A stretch of DNA of 64,000 bases, taken from positions 5,888,001 to 5,952,000 of the forward strand of contig OZ244587.1 in NCBI GenBank assembly GCA_965218095.1, written 5' to 3'. Below are positions 10,049-20,449 of the stretch, in pieces. Each line of letters begins with the position of its first letter. The first letter of the stretch is position 1. This DNA is from Candidatus Poribacteria bacterium (lineage in GTDB: Bacteria > Poribacteria > WGA-4E > PCPOR2b). The translations under genes were made by a program, and so were the position numbers. The notes beneath the pieces were generated by a model, which saw nothing but the letters and a program-made list of their open reading frames with translations, was not told the DNA's origin and searched no databases.

Positions 10049-10858
10049 TCACAAATTTCCGCGCCATTTATCGAATTGTCGAATCGATGTCAGCAGCGCG
10101 TTTGCAACCTTGTCCTGATAAGCTGATGAGTTGAGTTTTTTATACTCCGCTCTGTTTGATAAATATCCTAACTCGACCAGGAGGGCTGGCATTTTCGTAT
10201 CAACAAGGACACGGAAGGGCGCCCGTCTCACCATTTTGTCGGGAGCATTCCGATTCCGATTGCGGATTTTGAGGTGGGATACAAGCACGGATTGCACAAT
10301 CCGGGCAGCTTCCCAACTATATTTTTCGCTGCCTCTCTGATATAGATTGTTGACGATAAAATCGATAGGATTCACGATTTCTTCGGCGTTTTCCCATTGG
10401 GCTAACTTTGCTGCGAATCTGTCAGTCGCTTGCAGGCTAAAGATATAACTTTCTAGTCCGTGAACATGCGGACTGGGATGCGAGTTGCAGTGGATGCTGA
10501 TAAAAAGCGTCTGATCGGCTGGGAATTGATTGGCAAAACGAGCGCGGTCAGCTAATGAAATCCAGCGATCCGTCGATCGCGTGAGGTGGACTTCATACAC
10601 CATTTCCTCACGAATTAATGCCGCTAGTTTAAGCGTGATTGCAAGGTTAATGTCCTTTTCCTTGCCCCGCCACAGACTCACGTTGCCAGGATCTCTGCCA
10701 CCGTGCCCGGCATCAAGCACGATGGTTTTCAGGCGAAATGGCAACTTTATCTTCGGGGTGGCTTGGACCAGTTCAGACGTGTCTGCCGGTAACCCGGTAA
10801 TGGATACACATAAGAGTAGTATCGCTGCAGGAATCAGCGATTTCCGTTTTATGGACAT
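10049..10858 (-). CDS. N-acetylmuramoyl-L-alanine amidase (Amidase_3)
   Basis: VLDAGHGGRDPG, EKDINL, FISIHCN, LVELGYLSN. Confidence 0.93.
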   Translation of the reverse strand: MSIKRKSLIPAAILLLCVSITGLPADTSELVQATPKIKLPFRLKTIVLDAGHGGRDPGNVSLWRGKEKDINLAITLKLAALIREEMVYEVHLTRSTDRWISLADRARFANQFPADQTLFISIHCNSHPSPHVHGLESYIFSLQATDRFAAKLAQWENAEEIVNPIDFIVNNLYQRGSEKYSWEAARIVQSVLVSHLKIRNRNRNAPDKMVRRAPFRVLVDTKMPALLVELGYLSNRAEYKKLNSSAYQDKVANALLTSIRQFDKWRGNL

Positions 10859-10978
10859 CTATCTCCTCTAAGCAAAACGAGTTCTACATTCCACGAATGA
10901 AGTAGGATGTTTAAGTATGACTAAATTTGTTAGAATTCCCACCATAGAGCAAGAAGACAATTTCAGTAGGTTTCATAT

Positions 10979-11075
10979 ACCATGATAAACGCATGATACC
11001 ATGATAAACGCATGATACCATGATAAACGCATGATTACCATGATAAACGCATGATTACCATGATAAACGCATGAT
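10979..11075. repeat. 5 x 19/20-bp tandem repeat ACCATGATAAACGCATGAT(T)
   Basis: Read directly; intergenic, no spacers. Confidence 0.95.
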
Positions 11076-11222
11076 TTTCCGGTCAGTTTCATGGGGTGTA
11101 TATCCGAAAGGGCGATATCAGAGTAAAGCCGGTATTCAGGATTGAATTTGGATTGGGCTATCGTGTTACCTTGTGGGAGGTGAATTCTGATATTGTCTAA
11201 CCGAGGAAATTTAGGGTCAGAT

Positions 11223-11969
11223 TTAATCAGAGGAGGCATCGTCAGGAGGAGGAGTTGGAATGTAAAGAATGCGTTTACAGCTTCCACAACGAATGAACTG
11301 TTCACACTTACGTGCTTCTTGTATCGTTTGAGGCGGAATTGTGAGGTGACAACTACCGCACGCATTATCGACAACCAGCGAAACAAGTCCTGATCGTTGG
11401 CGTTGGAACCGCTCCTGGTACTGGCCCATTAAGCTTTGATCTATCTTCGGGAGGAATTCCCGCCGTTTTCCCTGCCATGCGGCGATTTCTGCCTTGAGAA
11501 CTTCAGCTTCCTGATCGTATTGGGCTTTCTGTTTGTTGTTCTTCACTCGTTCAGCATCGAACGCCTTTTGTTGTTGGACAAGTTCCTCTTTGAGTTGATC
11601 AATACGCAACATCACTGATAAAATCCCGTCTTCCATCTCCGCTTCTTCCATTTCGAGGAAACTAATCTCTTTATCTAGCGCCTGGTACTCTTTGTTGGTC
11701 TTCACATCCCGTAACTGCGCCTGGTATCTTCCACGCCGCGCTTGTTTCATTTCAAGTTCACCCGTTCCGGATCGCTGCTCTGTCTCCGCTTCAGCGAGTT
11801 GCCCCTGCTTTTTCTGTAATTTTTCTCGATGAACGTGAAGGCTTTCCTCTAATTCTTGAATCTTGGGAGGAACAGATTTGAGTTTCTGATGGAATGCCAG
11901 GATTTCCATGTCGATCTGCTGAAGCTTATACAACAGCCGCAGTTGTTCCTGTAAGTCAAGATTAAGCAT
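11223..11969 (-). CDS. Coiled-coil C4 zinc-ribbon protein (CT398/HP0958-like)
   Basis: Long coiled coil, KTNKEYQAL, CGSC...CGSCKRIL. Confidence 0.9.
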   Translation of the reverse strand: MLNLDLQEQLRLLYKLQQIDMEILAFHQKLKSVPPKIQELEESLHVHREKLQKKQGQLAEAETEQRSGTGELEMKQARRGRYQAQLRDVKTNKEYQALDKEISFLEMEEAEMEDGILSVMLRIDQLKEELVQQQKAFDAERVKNNKQKAQYDQEAEVLKAEIAAWQGKRREFLPKIDQSLMGQYQERFQRQRSGLVSLVVDNACGSCHLTIPPQTIQEARKCEQFIRCGSCKRILYIPTPPPDDASSD

Positions 11970-12792
11970 AGCTCTCAGGCTCCTGTTCTACGATAAAAGC
12001 AAGGAAAATCCCCAACTGATATAATAAGATAAGCGGAATCGCCATCAATAACATAGACAATACATCTGCCGGGGTCAGCATCGCCGCCATGATAAAGATG
12101 CCAACGACAGCATAGCTCTGCCGTTCGCGGAATCCCTGCGCGTTGATGACGCCGATTCGTGACAAGAACGCCATGACAATCGGGAGTTCAAATGCAATAC
12201 CAAATCCTAGCAGTAAGCCGGTTAGAAAACTCACATACCGATCAATGCTCCACAAGTTCTCAACACCGGCGTCAGAGAAGAGTCCGGCGGAAAATTCGAC
12301 CACAACAGGTGCGACAATGAAGTAGGCGAAAATTGCGCCCACAAGAAAAAAGAGAAGGATAATCAGAAACAGAGGCAATGCAAACTTTCTCTCCTGTTGT
12401 GTTAAACCGGGGAAGACAAATGCCCAAACCTGGTAAAGAACAACTGGTGATACGAGCAACGCCCCAAAGGTGACGCCGATTTTGAGAAAAGCCATGATGC
12501 CTTCACCAGGCCCAGGTTTGTTAAAATTGACCTCGCTCCTTGATGCTTTTGCTCTCAGGACAATCGATACAAACCCCATGAATGAACTGTCCGAACTGAA
12601 GGTTCGATCTATCAAGTTTGCCAGTTGCGTGTTGAGCGGTACATCGGCAGGCCGCCTTAAGATTTTTGTAATCGGGTTGATGAACCATAGGCTCACAATT
12701 GTGAATATAACGATTGCGAGCACAGAGACAATAATCCGTCGGCGGAGTTCTTCAAGATGATCTAGAAAGGTCATCGATGCTTCAGAAGGCAT
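11962..12792 (-). CDS. tatC: Twin-arginine translocase TatC
   Basis: HLEELRRR, YQVWAFVFPGL, FGIAFELP, LTPAD. Confidence 0.96.
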   Translation of the reverse strand: MPSEASMTFLDHLEELRRRIIVSVLAIVIFTIVSLWFINPITKILRRPADVPLNTQLANLIDRTFSSDSSFMGFVSIVLRAKASRSEVNFNKPGPGEGIMAFLKIGVTFGALLVSPVVLYQVWAFVFPGLTQQERKFALPLFLIILLFFLVGAIFAYFIVAPVVVEFSAGLFSDAGVENLWSIDRYVSFLTGLLLGFGIAFELPIVMAFLSRIGVINAQGFRERQSYAVVGIFIMAAMLTPADVLSMLLMAIPLILLYQLGIFLAFIVEQEPESYA

Positions 12793-12800
12793 GCTGATCG

Positions 12801-13007
12801 CTAAACCGTCTTATTCGCAGGTTTGGTCGAATCGCGTTCATCTTCCTCAGTCGATTCGACAATATCGTTTTGAATTTCTTTGCCGGCGTGCTTAAATTCT
12901 CGAATTGCCTTTCCAACTGCCCGCCCCATTTCTGGCAACCGCTTAGGACCGAAAATCAGGAGTGCAATTATGAGGATGATAATCAGTTCTGTTGGCCCAA
13001 ATCCCAT
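12801..13007 (-). CDS. tatA: TatA/E subunit
   Basis: ELIIILIIALLIFGPKRLPEMGRAVGKAIREFK. Confidence 0.95.
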   Translation of the reverse strand: MGFGPTELIIILIIALLIFGPKRLPEMGRAVGKAIREFKHAGKEIQNDIVESTEEDERDSTKPANKTV

Positions 13008-13146
13008 CGTGATTCCTCCAAAAAAATGAAGATTGTAAACCTGAACGCTTGTAAAATCGCACTTCTTTCAGGCTTTTTTGCGACCTGAAACGGTGATATT
13101 ATACAGCATGATCGCCGGAATTGCAATCGTTTTGTCATCAAAGGGT

Positions 13147-13175
13147 TTGACATAATTTAGCGCGTATGATATAAT
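13147..13175 (+). promoter_or_regulatory. Consensus sigma70 promoter of modE-modABC
   Basis: TTGACA (13147-13152), 17 bp, TATAAT (13170-13175), with extended TG. Confidence 0.85.
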
Positions 13176-13181
13176 TGTAAT

Positions 13182-13205
13182 CGTTCTTTCTTATAAGAAA
13201 GAACG
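13182..13205. promoter_or_regulatory. Probable ModE operator
   Basis: Perfect 24-bp palindrome CGTTCTTTCTTATAAGAAAGAACG just downstream of the -10 box; CGTT...AACG ends resemble ModE boxes. Confidence 0.7.
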
Positions 13206-13237
13206 CATCAGCGCAACCTCAATGCGACGAGATCATC

Positions 13238-13579
13238 ATGGAGAAAAGTGTCAAAACTAAAGTATGGCTAGATCTGGGGCAGGGCGTTGCTTTCTGTCAC
13301 GGCAAGGCTGAGTTACTCTTAGCGATTGACGAACTTGGCTCAATCAACCGCGCAGCACACCGAGTCAATATGTCCTATAAACGGGCTTGGAAATACATTC
13401 GTGAGCTTGAAGGGCATCTCGGCGCAAAGATCCTTTTAACGACTGTCGGTGGTGTCAATGGGGGAGGCTCCCAACTCACAGAAGTTGGGACAAACCTCCT
13501 CCGCGAGTATGAAGAAACAAAGAAACAAATTGATCACACTTTATCGCAGCATGTCGAAGCGTTCAGCAGGTCTTTCTAG
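13238..13579 (+). CDS. modE: ModE-family winged-helix regulator (no molybdate-binding domain)
   Basis: GSINRAAHRVNMSYKRAW, GGVNGGGSQLT; upstream of modABC. Confidence 0.88.
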   Translation: MEKSVKTKVWLDLGQGVAFCHGKAELLLAIDELGSINRAAHRVNMSYKRAWKYIRELEGHLGAKILLTTVGGVNGGGSQLTEVGTNLLREYEETKKQIDHTLSQHVEAFSRSF

Positions 13580-13639
13580 TGATTTTGGGCGGTTTGACGC
13601 CTATCTCCATCGGACACACACGTTGGTACCCCCCTAAAA

Positions 13640-14392
13640 TTGATGAAATCCCATTTTCTTATTCTTCTGAGTTTAGCTTGTCTGTTCATTGGTTGTTCAG
13701 GCGATGAACTGATTATCTTTGGCGCGATGAGCTTGGCGGATGCCCTCACAGAAGTCAGCCAGCGTTTTGGCGCAGTGCAGAATATCAAGGTGTATTGCAA
13801 TTTCGCTGGCTCTTCGACCTTACAACGCCAAATCGAGAAAGGTGCGCCGGCGGATGTGTTCATTTCTGCCAGTCCCAAGCAGATTAATGTCTTACAACAG
13901 AAGGGACTGCTCTATGAGGACTCACGCCGAGCGATTTTGACCAACCGGTTGGTGTTGGTCGCGCCTGCCGATAGATCGCTTACCATGACTGATGTGGGGC
14001 TGCTCACCCAAGACCCGATTCGACGGATTGCTATCGGCGAACCCAATTCAGTCCCTGCCGGCATTTATGGGAAAGAGGCTTTGACACACTTGGGAGTCTG
14101 GACCGCCGTACAGCCGAAATTGGTTCCCGGTGCAGATGTTCGATCCACTCTGGCGTATGTCGAATCCGGTGAGATTGATGTTGGTATTGTCTATCAAACG
14201 GATGCAGCAATCAGTGAGAAAGTCAGAATTATCTATCAGTTTCCTGATTCGATCCATAGCCCAATTGTGTATCCTGCAGCGGTACTCCGAAACACTGGGC
14301 ATGAAGCTATCGCTCAGGCGTTTTTGGAGTACCTACAAACCGCCGAAGTTGCAGCAATCTTTGGAAAATATGGTTTCTCTGTGGTGAAATAA
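13640..14392 (+). CDS. modA: Molybdate ABC transporter substrate-binding protein
   Basis: FAGSSTLQRQIEKGAPADVFISA, VPAGIYG; lipobox. Confidence 0.95.
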   Translation: MMKSHFLILLSLACLFIGCSGDELIIFGAMSLADALTEVSQRFGAVQNIKVYCNFAGSSTLQRQIEKGAPADVFISASPKQINVLQQKGLLYEDSRRAILTNRLVLVAPADRSLTMTDVGLLTQDPIRRIAIGEPNSVPAGIYGKEALTHLGVWTAVQPKLVPGADVRSTLAYVESGEIDVGIVYQTDAAISEKVRIIYQFPDSIHSPIVYPAAVLRNTGHEAIAQAFLEYLQTAEVAAIFGKYGFSVVK

Positions 14393-15057
14393 TGCTAACA
14401 GCAGCGGAAGTCAGTGCGTTGGTTTTATCTATCAAAGCTGCCTCGTTGAGTCTGCTTTTCATCCTTCCTCCGGGACTCTTCATCGGCTGGATACTCGCTA
14501 AGTTGTCATTCCCCGGCAAATCGCTCCTCAATACTGTTGTCATGCTGCCGATGGTATTGCCGCCGGTCGTCAGCGGTTTTTTCCTTTTGATTCTCCTCAG
14601 CAAGCGTGGGCTAATCGGGGGGATGCTTTTTCGTCTTTTCGGGCTTGAAATCGTTTTTTCGTGGCTGGCGGTGGTATTGGCAATCTCTGTGATTTCGTTT
14701 CCGTTGTTGGTACGCGGCATCGTCACGGCGATGGAGGCTGTGAACCCACAACTGGAACATGCTGCAAGAACGCTCGGTGCCTCGCCGTTGAAGGTGTTTT
14801 TTACTGTTACGCTGCCCTTGTCGTATCGTGGGATTATCGGAGGGGCAATCCTCGGATTTTCCAGAAGCCTCGGCGAATTCGGCGCAACCATGATGGTGGC
14901 GGGAAACATCCCCGGAAAGACGCAGACATTGCCGCTGGCAATCTATAACTTCGTTCAAATCGGTCAAGATACGAGCGCCTACCGTCTGGTATTTCTATCT
15001 ACTTTGATCGCTTTCGCCATGCTGTGGATAGCGGAGCGGCTGTATATCAAGAGATAG
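14392..15057 (+). CDS. modB: Molybdate ABC transporter permease
   Basis: LPMVLPPVV, RSLGEFGAT, GNIPGKTQTLPLAIY. Confidence 0.95.
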   Translation: MLTAAEVSALVLSIKAASLSLLFILPPGLFIGWILAKLSFPGKSLLNTVVMLPMVLPPVVSGFFLLILLSKRGLIGGMLFRLFGLEIVFSWLAVVLAISVISFPLLVRGIVTAMEAVNPQLEHAARTLGASPLKVFFTVTLPLSYRGIIGGAILGFSRSLGEFGATMMVAGNIPGKTQTLPLAIYNFVQIGQDTSAYRLVFLSTLIAFAMLWIAERLYIKR

Positions 15058-15101
15058 ATATTGCTACCCAACCCACTGTTACGTTTTAGACATTACGTCC
15101 C

Positions 15102-16181
15102 ATGTTAAAACTCAGTTTTCGCAAGCGACTTGGCAATTTTCAGCTTGAAATCGATCAGATCATCACCGAGAAAGTGACGGCATTTCTGGGACCATCGGGA
15201 AGCGGTAAAAGTACACTACTCAACTGTATTAGTGGCATCCTACACCCTGATGAAGGGGAGCTCCTGTTTTCCGGTCAAACGCTGTATTCCTCCCAGCAGA
15301 AAAAATGTCTGCCACCAGAAAAACGTCATTTCGGATATGTCTTTCAGGAAGGGTATCTTTTTCCGCACCTGAAGGTTCGACAAAACATCGCCTATGGTCG
15401 TCCTCGCCGAACCAATGGCAATAATCGGATTGACACTGATACAATTATTGATATCCTTGAAATCGGGGAATTGCTGGATCGGTATCCAAGCCAACTTTCC
15501 GGCGGTCAACGGCAGCGGGTCGCCATCGCTCGCGCTTTGGGAATGTCGCCGCGCTTGCTATTAATGGATGAGCCACTTACATCTCTGGATGCCGGCTTGA
15601 AAAACCGCATTCTGCCTTACCTGTATCACATCAGACAGGCATTTGATATCCCCCTTCTCTACGTCACCCACTCCATTTCGGAAGTGATGGCACTTGCAGA
15701 CGAAGCCTTTTTGCTCTCCGAGGGTCAAATCACTGCGCGTGGAGAGCCCCACCAGCTACTAACTTCCCCCTCGGCGTTGCCTGTTGCCCAAATGACAGGC
15801 GTGGAGAATATTCTCGCTCTACCGGTGGTCGTTGCGTCTGAGGAGCGCGGCGTGACGGAATTGGCGTTGGGGGAACAAAGACTGATGGTTTCGTATACGG
15901 AGACGGAGCCCGGTGCAACGATGCCGATCGCCATCAGGGCGCGGGATATCATCGTTGCGATGGACCCAGATTTGCGGATGAGTGCGCGGAATATTTTGCG
16001 CGGAACAATCCGACAGATTGCTGTCCAAGCGGGGCGCGTGATGCTATCGGTCGATATCGAGGGGCATCTGTTGTCGGTGGAGGTTACGAGCGATGCCCGC
16101 GAGCAGCTTGGACTTGCGGAGGGGACGGTGTGTTATTTTATTATTAAGGCGAGTGCGATTAACTTGCTTTGGGAGGCTTAA
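15102..16181 (+). CDS. modC: Molybdate ABC transporter ATPase
   Basis: GPSGSGKST, LSGGQRQR, LLLMDEP, C-terminal TOBE (SARNIL). Confidence 0.95.
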   Translation: MLKLSFRKRLGNFQLEIDQIITEKVTAFLGPSGSGKSTLLNCISGILHPDEGELLFSGQTLYSSQQKKCLPPEKRHFGYVFQEGYLFPHLKVRQNIAYGRPRRTNGNNRIDTDTIIDILEIGELLDRYPSQLSGGQRQRVAIARALGMSPRLLLMDEPLTSLDAGLKNRILPYLYHIRQAFDIPLLYVTHSISEVMALADEAFLLSEGQITARGEPHQLLTSPSALPVAQMTGVENILALPVVVASEERGVTELALGEQRLMVSYTETEPGATMPIAIRARDIIVAMDPDLRMSARNILRGTIRQIAVQAGRVMLSVDIEGHLLSVEVTSDAREQLGLAEGTVCYFIIKASAINLLWEA

Positions 16182-16294
16182 GGGAAAAAGCTGTATTGGG
16201 GATAAGCCTATGGCTTTGTTGTGTTGACATTCTGAGGTTGCTATGTCAGAATGTTTTCTATGCAGTCAAAAGATCTTACCATAAGGAGATTTTC

Positions 16295-17054
16295 ATGGCA
16301 CTGATACCCTGTCCAGAATGCAAGCAACAAATAAATGAGACTGTCGAGAGTTGTCCACAATGTGGATACATATTGACACCGGAAGAAGTTGCGAGGATTA
16401 AGAAGAGACGTAGGGAGTGGAAGATAAGTTTTATAATCATGGGTGCCGCCGTTATGATCGGCATTGTCGTTATCAGCATTGTCGTTATCAGCACAGAGTT
16501 ACAACAATCAAGAATGGAGGTTAACTATCAGAAGCGAACAAAAAGTTCTACGGGGACCTCTACGTATAGCTCTCAACCTCAACGCCCCAAGACTACCCAA
16601 ACTCAATCAGCATCAGCACCGGTGATGTCTGCGCCTAAACCCTCTGAACTCCAAGGCTCCAAAACTCAACAGGAGCAGGATGCTGAGAACAAAGCGTGGT
16701 TCGGTACATGGTCTCTTGAAACCATGGATGGGGAGCCAACTGGACAATACTTGGCTGAAGATTTGCAATCTGAACATCTTTGTCTCGTGGAACTGGACGT
16801 TTTATACGGATGGGAATTTTAAATCAAAATTGCTCCAAGATATGGGCAAGGGAATCCTCACAACTACAACCTTTGGGACTTACAACGTATTTGGTGATAG
16901 GTACACAACCACACTAAACAGGGCAACCATGTCTATAGGGTCAACAAGTGTTCCTATACCTAATCGATCTGGGACGTGGTCAAGGGAAGGAAATACGCTA
17001 ACTATGATCCCTAGAGGTTCTTCCACTAAGGTATTCAAATGGATACATCACTAA
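16295..17054 (+). pseudogene. Zinc-ribbon/TM protein with beta-barrel-like C-terminal domain, frameshifted near 16770
   Basis: MALIPCPEC...CPQCG, TM segment, linker, GTWSL; continuation (WTFYTDG...GTW) lies in another frame. Confidence 0.6.
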
Positions 17055-17366
17055 TGTATCCACACGGATATATTAGGAATCTTTGAACAGACTTACGAGA
17101 AGAAATATAACCATGCACTCCAAAAATCTCACCATCAGCGTTCTACTTGTCCTACTTTTGCTCGCAACGCTTGGCTGTGGCGGCGATGAGAAGACACCGG
17201 TTGAGATAATTGAGCCTCCGCCTGCGAAGCTCTCTCTTACTGTTCCCGAAATTGCCCTCTGCTTTCGCTAGTAGATACATGGCTCACGAGTGAAATAAAT
17301 TTGCCTTTTTTTGCTAAGAGCTGATACAATTCATGCACACTCACTTTTCAAGGAAGATCAATTCTT

Positions 17367-17564
17367 ATGATGCAAATCAGACTTAAATTTACAAACGGTG
17401 AAGAGACAATCTTTGAGGCTAGAAATCCTGACGATATAAGTAGACGTCTAGAGGAAATACGTACTGCCAAAGTTAAAGCATGTATTCCCGAAGCTGAGAG
17501 GCACAAGCAGAAACTACTAGAGGAATTGGAAAAAATTCAGAGCCAATCTGAATCCGCCCCCTAA
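17367..17564 (+). CDS. Small hypothetical protein
   Basis: 65-aa ORF with AAGGA RBS, followed by a terminator. Confidence 0.45.
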   Translation: MMQIRLKFTNGEETIFEARNPDDISRRLEEIRTAKVKACIPEAERHKQKLLEELEKIQSQSESAP

Positions 17565-17603
17565 GCCAATCATGACAATTAAAAACAAAGCATAGAAACA
17601 ACC

Positions 17604-17634
17604 GGCTGACTCTGACAGGGTCAGCTATTTTTTT
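17604..17634 (+). terminator. Intrinsic terminator
   Basis: GCTGAC...GTCAGC stem followed by a T-run. Confidence 0.65.
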
Positions 17635-17780
17635 GTCTAATCCCGTTCAGCGACTTCAAAAATTATACGAAGTGCGAAATATAAATCAGTATGATAATCT
17701 ATCATTGGCCCCCTCAGCCCTTTGGCAGGGGTGTGATAGACAGATAGTATGGATTTTAAGTGAAAGGAAAACAAAAGTAA

Positions 17781-18626
17781 ATGCGTGACATCAGTGAACA
17801 AGAACGGCAGCAAAATCGGGAAATGGATGTTGTATCCTTGGCAAAGGTTGTATTTCGCCATCTGAAGAAAAACCTTGGATCCGATCCTAATCAGCGTGAT
17901 TTTTTCTATTCTGTTGTGAAATTAAGACACGATTTATTTCCGGATGGTGAATATAACAAATCCTTTCCTGATCACGCTAAACTTTTAGATGCGCTCACTT
18001 GGCTTGAAAGAAGGGGACTGGTAGTCAGAGAATCCTCATCTCCGGCAAACTTCTTCCAACCAGAACACAAAGCTATCGTTTATTTCACCGCTATCGGCAT
18101 GAAGTCTAACTTAGATGATGAAGTGCTCCTCTTGGTGGACAAGCCCGAGGAAATTGTTGGTGCGCTTGAGCAGAAGGTTGGGGACCTTGACGAGGTCGTT
18201 AGGCAATACTATCTCGAAAGCCTACGCGCCTACCAAGAGGGGCTGTACATCTCGTCTGTGATATGTCTTGGTGCCGCTTCAGAGAGAGCCATACACTGGT
18301 TGGCAGAATCTATAGAACCCTACTCCGGGCATTATCAACAAGGAATTAAAAAGAGAAGGAGCGGGAACATTTCTGGCTTAACCAAGCATCTCGCTGATAA
18401 GGTTATTTCCAATGTATTTGGGGAGGACACGAAATTCGCAGGGGAACTGGAGAACCGGTTAAATGGACTTGGGAACGTATATCGCGAGAACCGAAACGAA
18501 GCGGGACACCCTCAGACCGTTGAACAAACTAGCTGGTTAGGGGAAGATCAGGAGTTTCTTTTGCTTCAGTTTCGTAGATACATCACCACGATATGTAATG
18601 CCATTGAACGCCTCAATAGTAATTAA
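17781..18626 (+). CDS. Hypothetical protein: winged-helix-like N-terminus plus HEPN-like C-terminus
   Basis: DALTWLERRGLV; ESLRAYQEGLYISSVICLGAASE; RNEAGH (RxxxxH). Confidence 0.6.
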   Translation: MRDISEQERQQNREMDVVSLAKVVFRHLKKNLGSDPNQRDFFYSVVKLRHDLFPDGEYNKSFPDHAKLLDALTWLERRGLVVRESSSPANFFQPEHKAIVYFTAIGMKSNLDDEVLLLVDKPEEIVGALEQKVGDLDEVVRQYYLESLRAYQEGLYISSVICLGAASERAIHWLAESIEPYSGHYQQGIKKRRSGNISGLTKHLADKVISNVFGEDTKFAGELENRLNGLGNVYRENRNEAGHPQTVEQTSWLGEDQEFLLLQFRRYITTICNAIERLNSN

Positions 18627-18776
18627 CCCCTTGATTGACTTGTGTGACAGGATATACGGTGGCTTTCCGATCTTGACACCCAAATGCCGATTTTGGAAAA
18701 TAGACCTACATCAGGGCAAACACAAGGGTTGCCCCTACTGAAGACCGAAATCGTCTCAAAACTTGGGTGTACCTTA

Positions 18777-20252
18777 TCACTTCACGATTTTCTTCGCTTC
18801 CTTGAACTTCTCTTTGGCAAATGCTCTCCATTCTTTTAACTTCTGGTTTCGGAAGTCTGGTTTTTGCCACTCGCTCTGAGGGGGTTCAGTCGCCGCCATT
18901 CCTGTTGTTGGGGCATTGCCATCTGTCTGTGCTACCATTTCTGTTTTTGGCACGTTACCGTCTTCCGGTGTTGGACTAACATCAGGTATCTGAGAAAGTG
19001 CCATCGCTTCCGCTTCTGTAATTGGGACCTGACCCAAGATCTGAATCGCGGCGGCGCGCTTCTCTGGATCTTCACTCTTATTGATGGCTGTCCATGTGTT
19101 GACCAGATCTCTGTGCGGTTCAATGACAAGTGCACCGATGAGATCTCCGACGATATCCCAGCGTATCCCACCTTTTACCGCGTCATAGTCAATGGGAGTC
19201 AGATCCAACTCAAATGGATTGGAGGCAACACAGCGGTCCCCAAGTTCATCGTACAGGGCTGGAACAACACTGCTACGGTTTAGCCCCCCTTTCCACTTCG
19301 GTCCCTCTGGATCGGTGTCGCCTAACACCCAGAGTTTTTGTGCTTCATCTGAAAGAACAAAATCAAGGAATTTCTGGGCGACCGCCAGATTGGGTGCACC
19401 CTTCAGAATTGCAATCGAATCGGGGCTGACGACGGCGGCATCCGGAGGCACGATGTATTTAATTTTGTCCGCGCCGATCACGGCAATCTGGCCATGAGCG
19501 TAAAAGTCGATTGCCATGCCGTAGAGGACTTGCCCCGAAGCGACATCTCTGGGAATTGCATTTGCCCCTGCGGAAAACCCCCGGACGTTTGCGCCGAGTT
19601 GCGTGATCAACTCGAAGCCTTTCTCCCAGCCGTAGCCTTGCAGGATAATCTCGTACATCATGTGGGCGCTGCCGCTTTCACGGGGGTCTGCTGCGCCGAC
19701 ACGACCAGCCAATTTCGGGTGTGTCAGATCCTTCCACGTCTTGATTCTGGGTGCCTTGAGAAGCCCCCGCAACTCCTCATTGTACATGATTCCAAAACTT
19801 GACAACGCCGCGCCATACCAACGGTATTCTGGGTCGTAAACGGGGATGCCAAAAATCTCTTTCGGGATTCGTGCCAGTTGGGTTTCCGGCAATTTGTAGG
19901 GGGAAAGCAGCCCCTTGTCAGCGAGCTTAAGGTAATTATCTGTCCCGCCGCCGAAAAAGAGATCTATCCCGATGCCTTTGGGAAGCCGCTTGAATTCTGA
20001 TTCAATGAACCGAAAGTCAGAAGATGAACCTCCCTGATCAAGCCAATCTATAGAGACTTGCCTACCCGTCTTCTTGACATACCACCCCTTAAAAGATTGA
20101 TCAAATTCGGTTTCGATACCTTCCCAATGGGGCGAAATAATGACGAGCTTATCCTGGGCAGATGCAGGCTGTCCGCAGACTAAAACTGCAATAGTACAAA
20201 GCATCAAAATCATTGAGAAGGCTGTTGTGTCTTTTGATTTCAACATAATCAT
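18777..20252 (-). CDS. ABC transporter substrate-binding protein (Fe3+/AfuA-like)
   Basis: Signal peptide, IDLFFGGG, DPRESGS, IAILKGAPN...AQKFLDFVLS. Confidence 0.85.
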   Translation of the reverse strand: MIMLKSKDTTAFSMILMLCTIAVLVCGQPASAQDKLVIISPHWEGIETEFDQSFKGWYVKKTGRQVSIDWLDQGGSSSDFRFIESEFKRLPKGIGIDLFFGGGTDNYLKLADKGLLSPYKLPETQLARIPKEIFGIPVYDPEYRWYGAALSSFGIMYNEELRGLLKAPRIKTWKDLTHPKLAGRVGAADPRESGSAHMMYEIILQGYGWEKGFELITQLGANVRGFSAGANAIPRDVASGQVLYGMAIDFYAHGQIAVIGADKIKYIVPPDAAVVSPDSIAILKGAPNLAVAQKFLDFVLSDEAQKLWVLGDTDPEGPKWKGGLNRSSVVPALYDELGDRCVASNPFELDLTPIDYDAVKGGIRWDIVGDLIGALVIEPHRDLVNTWTAINKSEDPEKRAAAIQILGQVPITEAEAMALSQIPDVSPTPEDGNVPKTEMVAQTDGNAPTTGMAATEPPQSEWQKPDFRNQKLKEWRAFAKEKFKEAKKIVK

Positions 20253-20449
20253 GCGTCCTTAAGAGGATTTGGAAATCGTAAAATCGCTTGTAGAGGATAG
20301 GATGGCACACGAATCACGTCGGAATTTGCCACCAATGCGGCGGGTTCATCGTGTCAGCCGTGTAACGATAAAATACGGGCCTGCTGTCGACAGACATGTG
20401 TCTCATCAGTTCGCTGACAATGGCAGGTGAAAAACTTGCGGTAGGATAA

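Noticed and set aside
10979-11075. CRISPR array (also the repeat at 6808-6864)
   Set aside because: Units abut with no unique spacers, and there are no cas genes
10870-11220. RNase P RNA downstream of the zinc-ribbon gene
   Set aside because: The GAGGAAAGTCC and AGAACCCGGCTTA signatures are absent
18706-18740. GTAG-type REP half-site (also a degenerate one at about 29160-29240)
   Set aside because: Too degenerate and isolated to call as a feature
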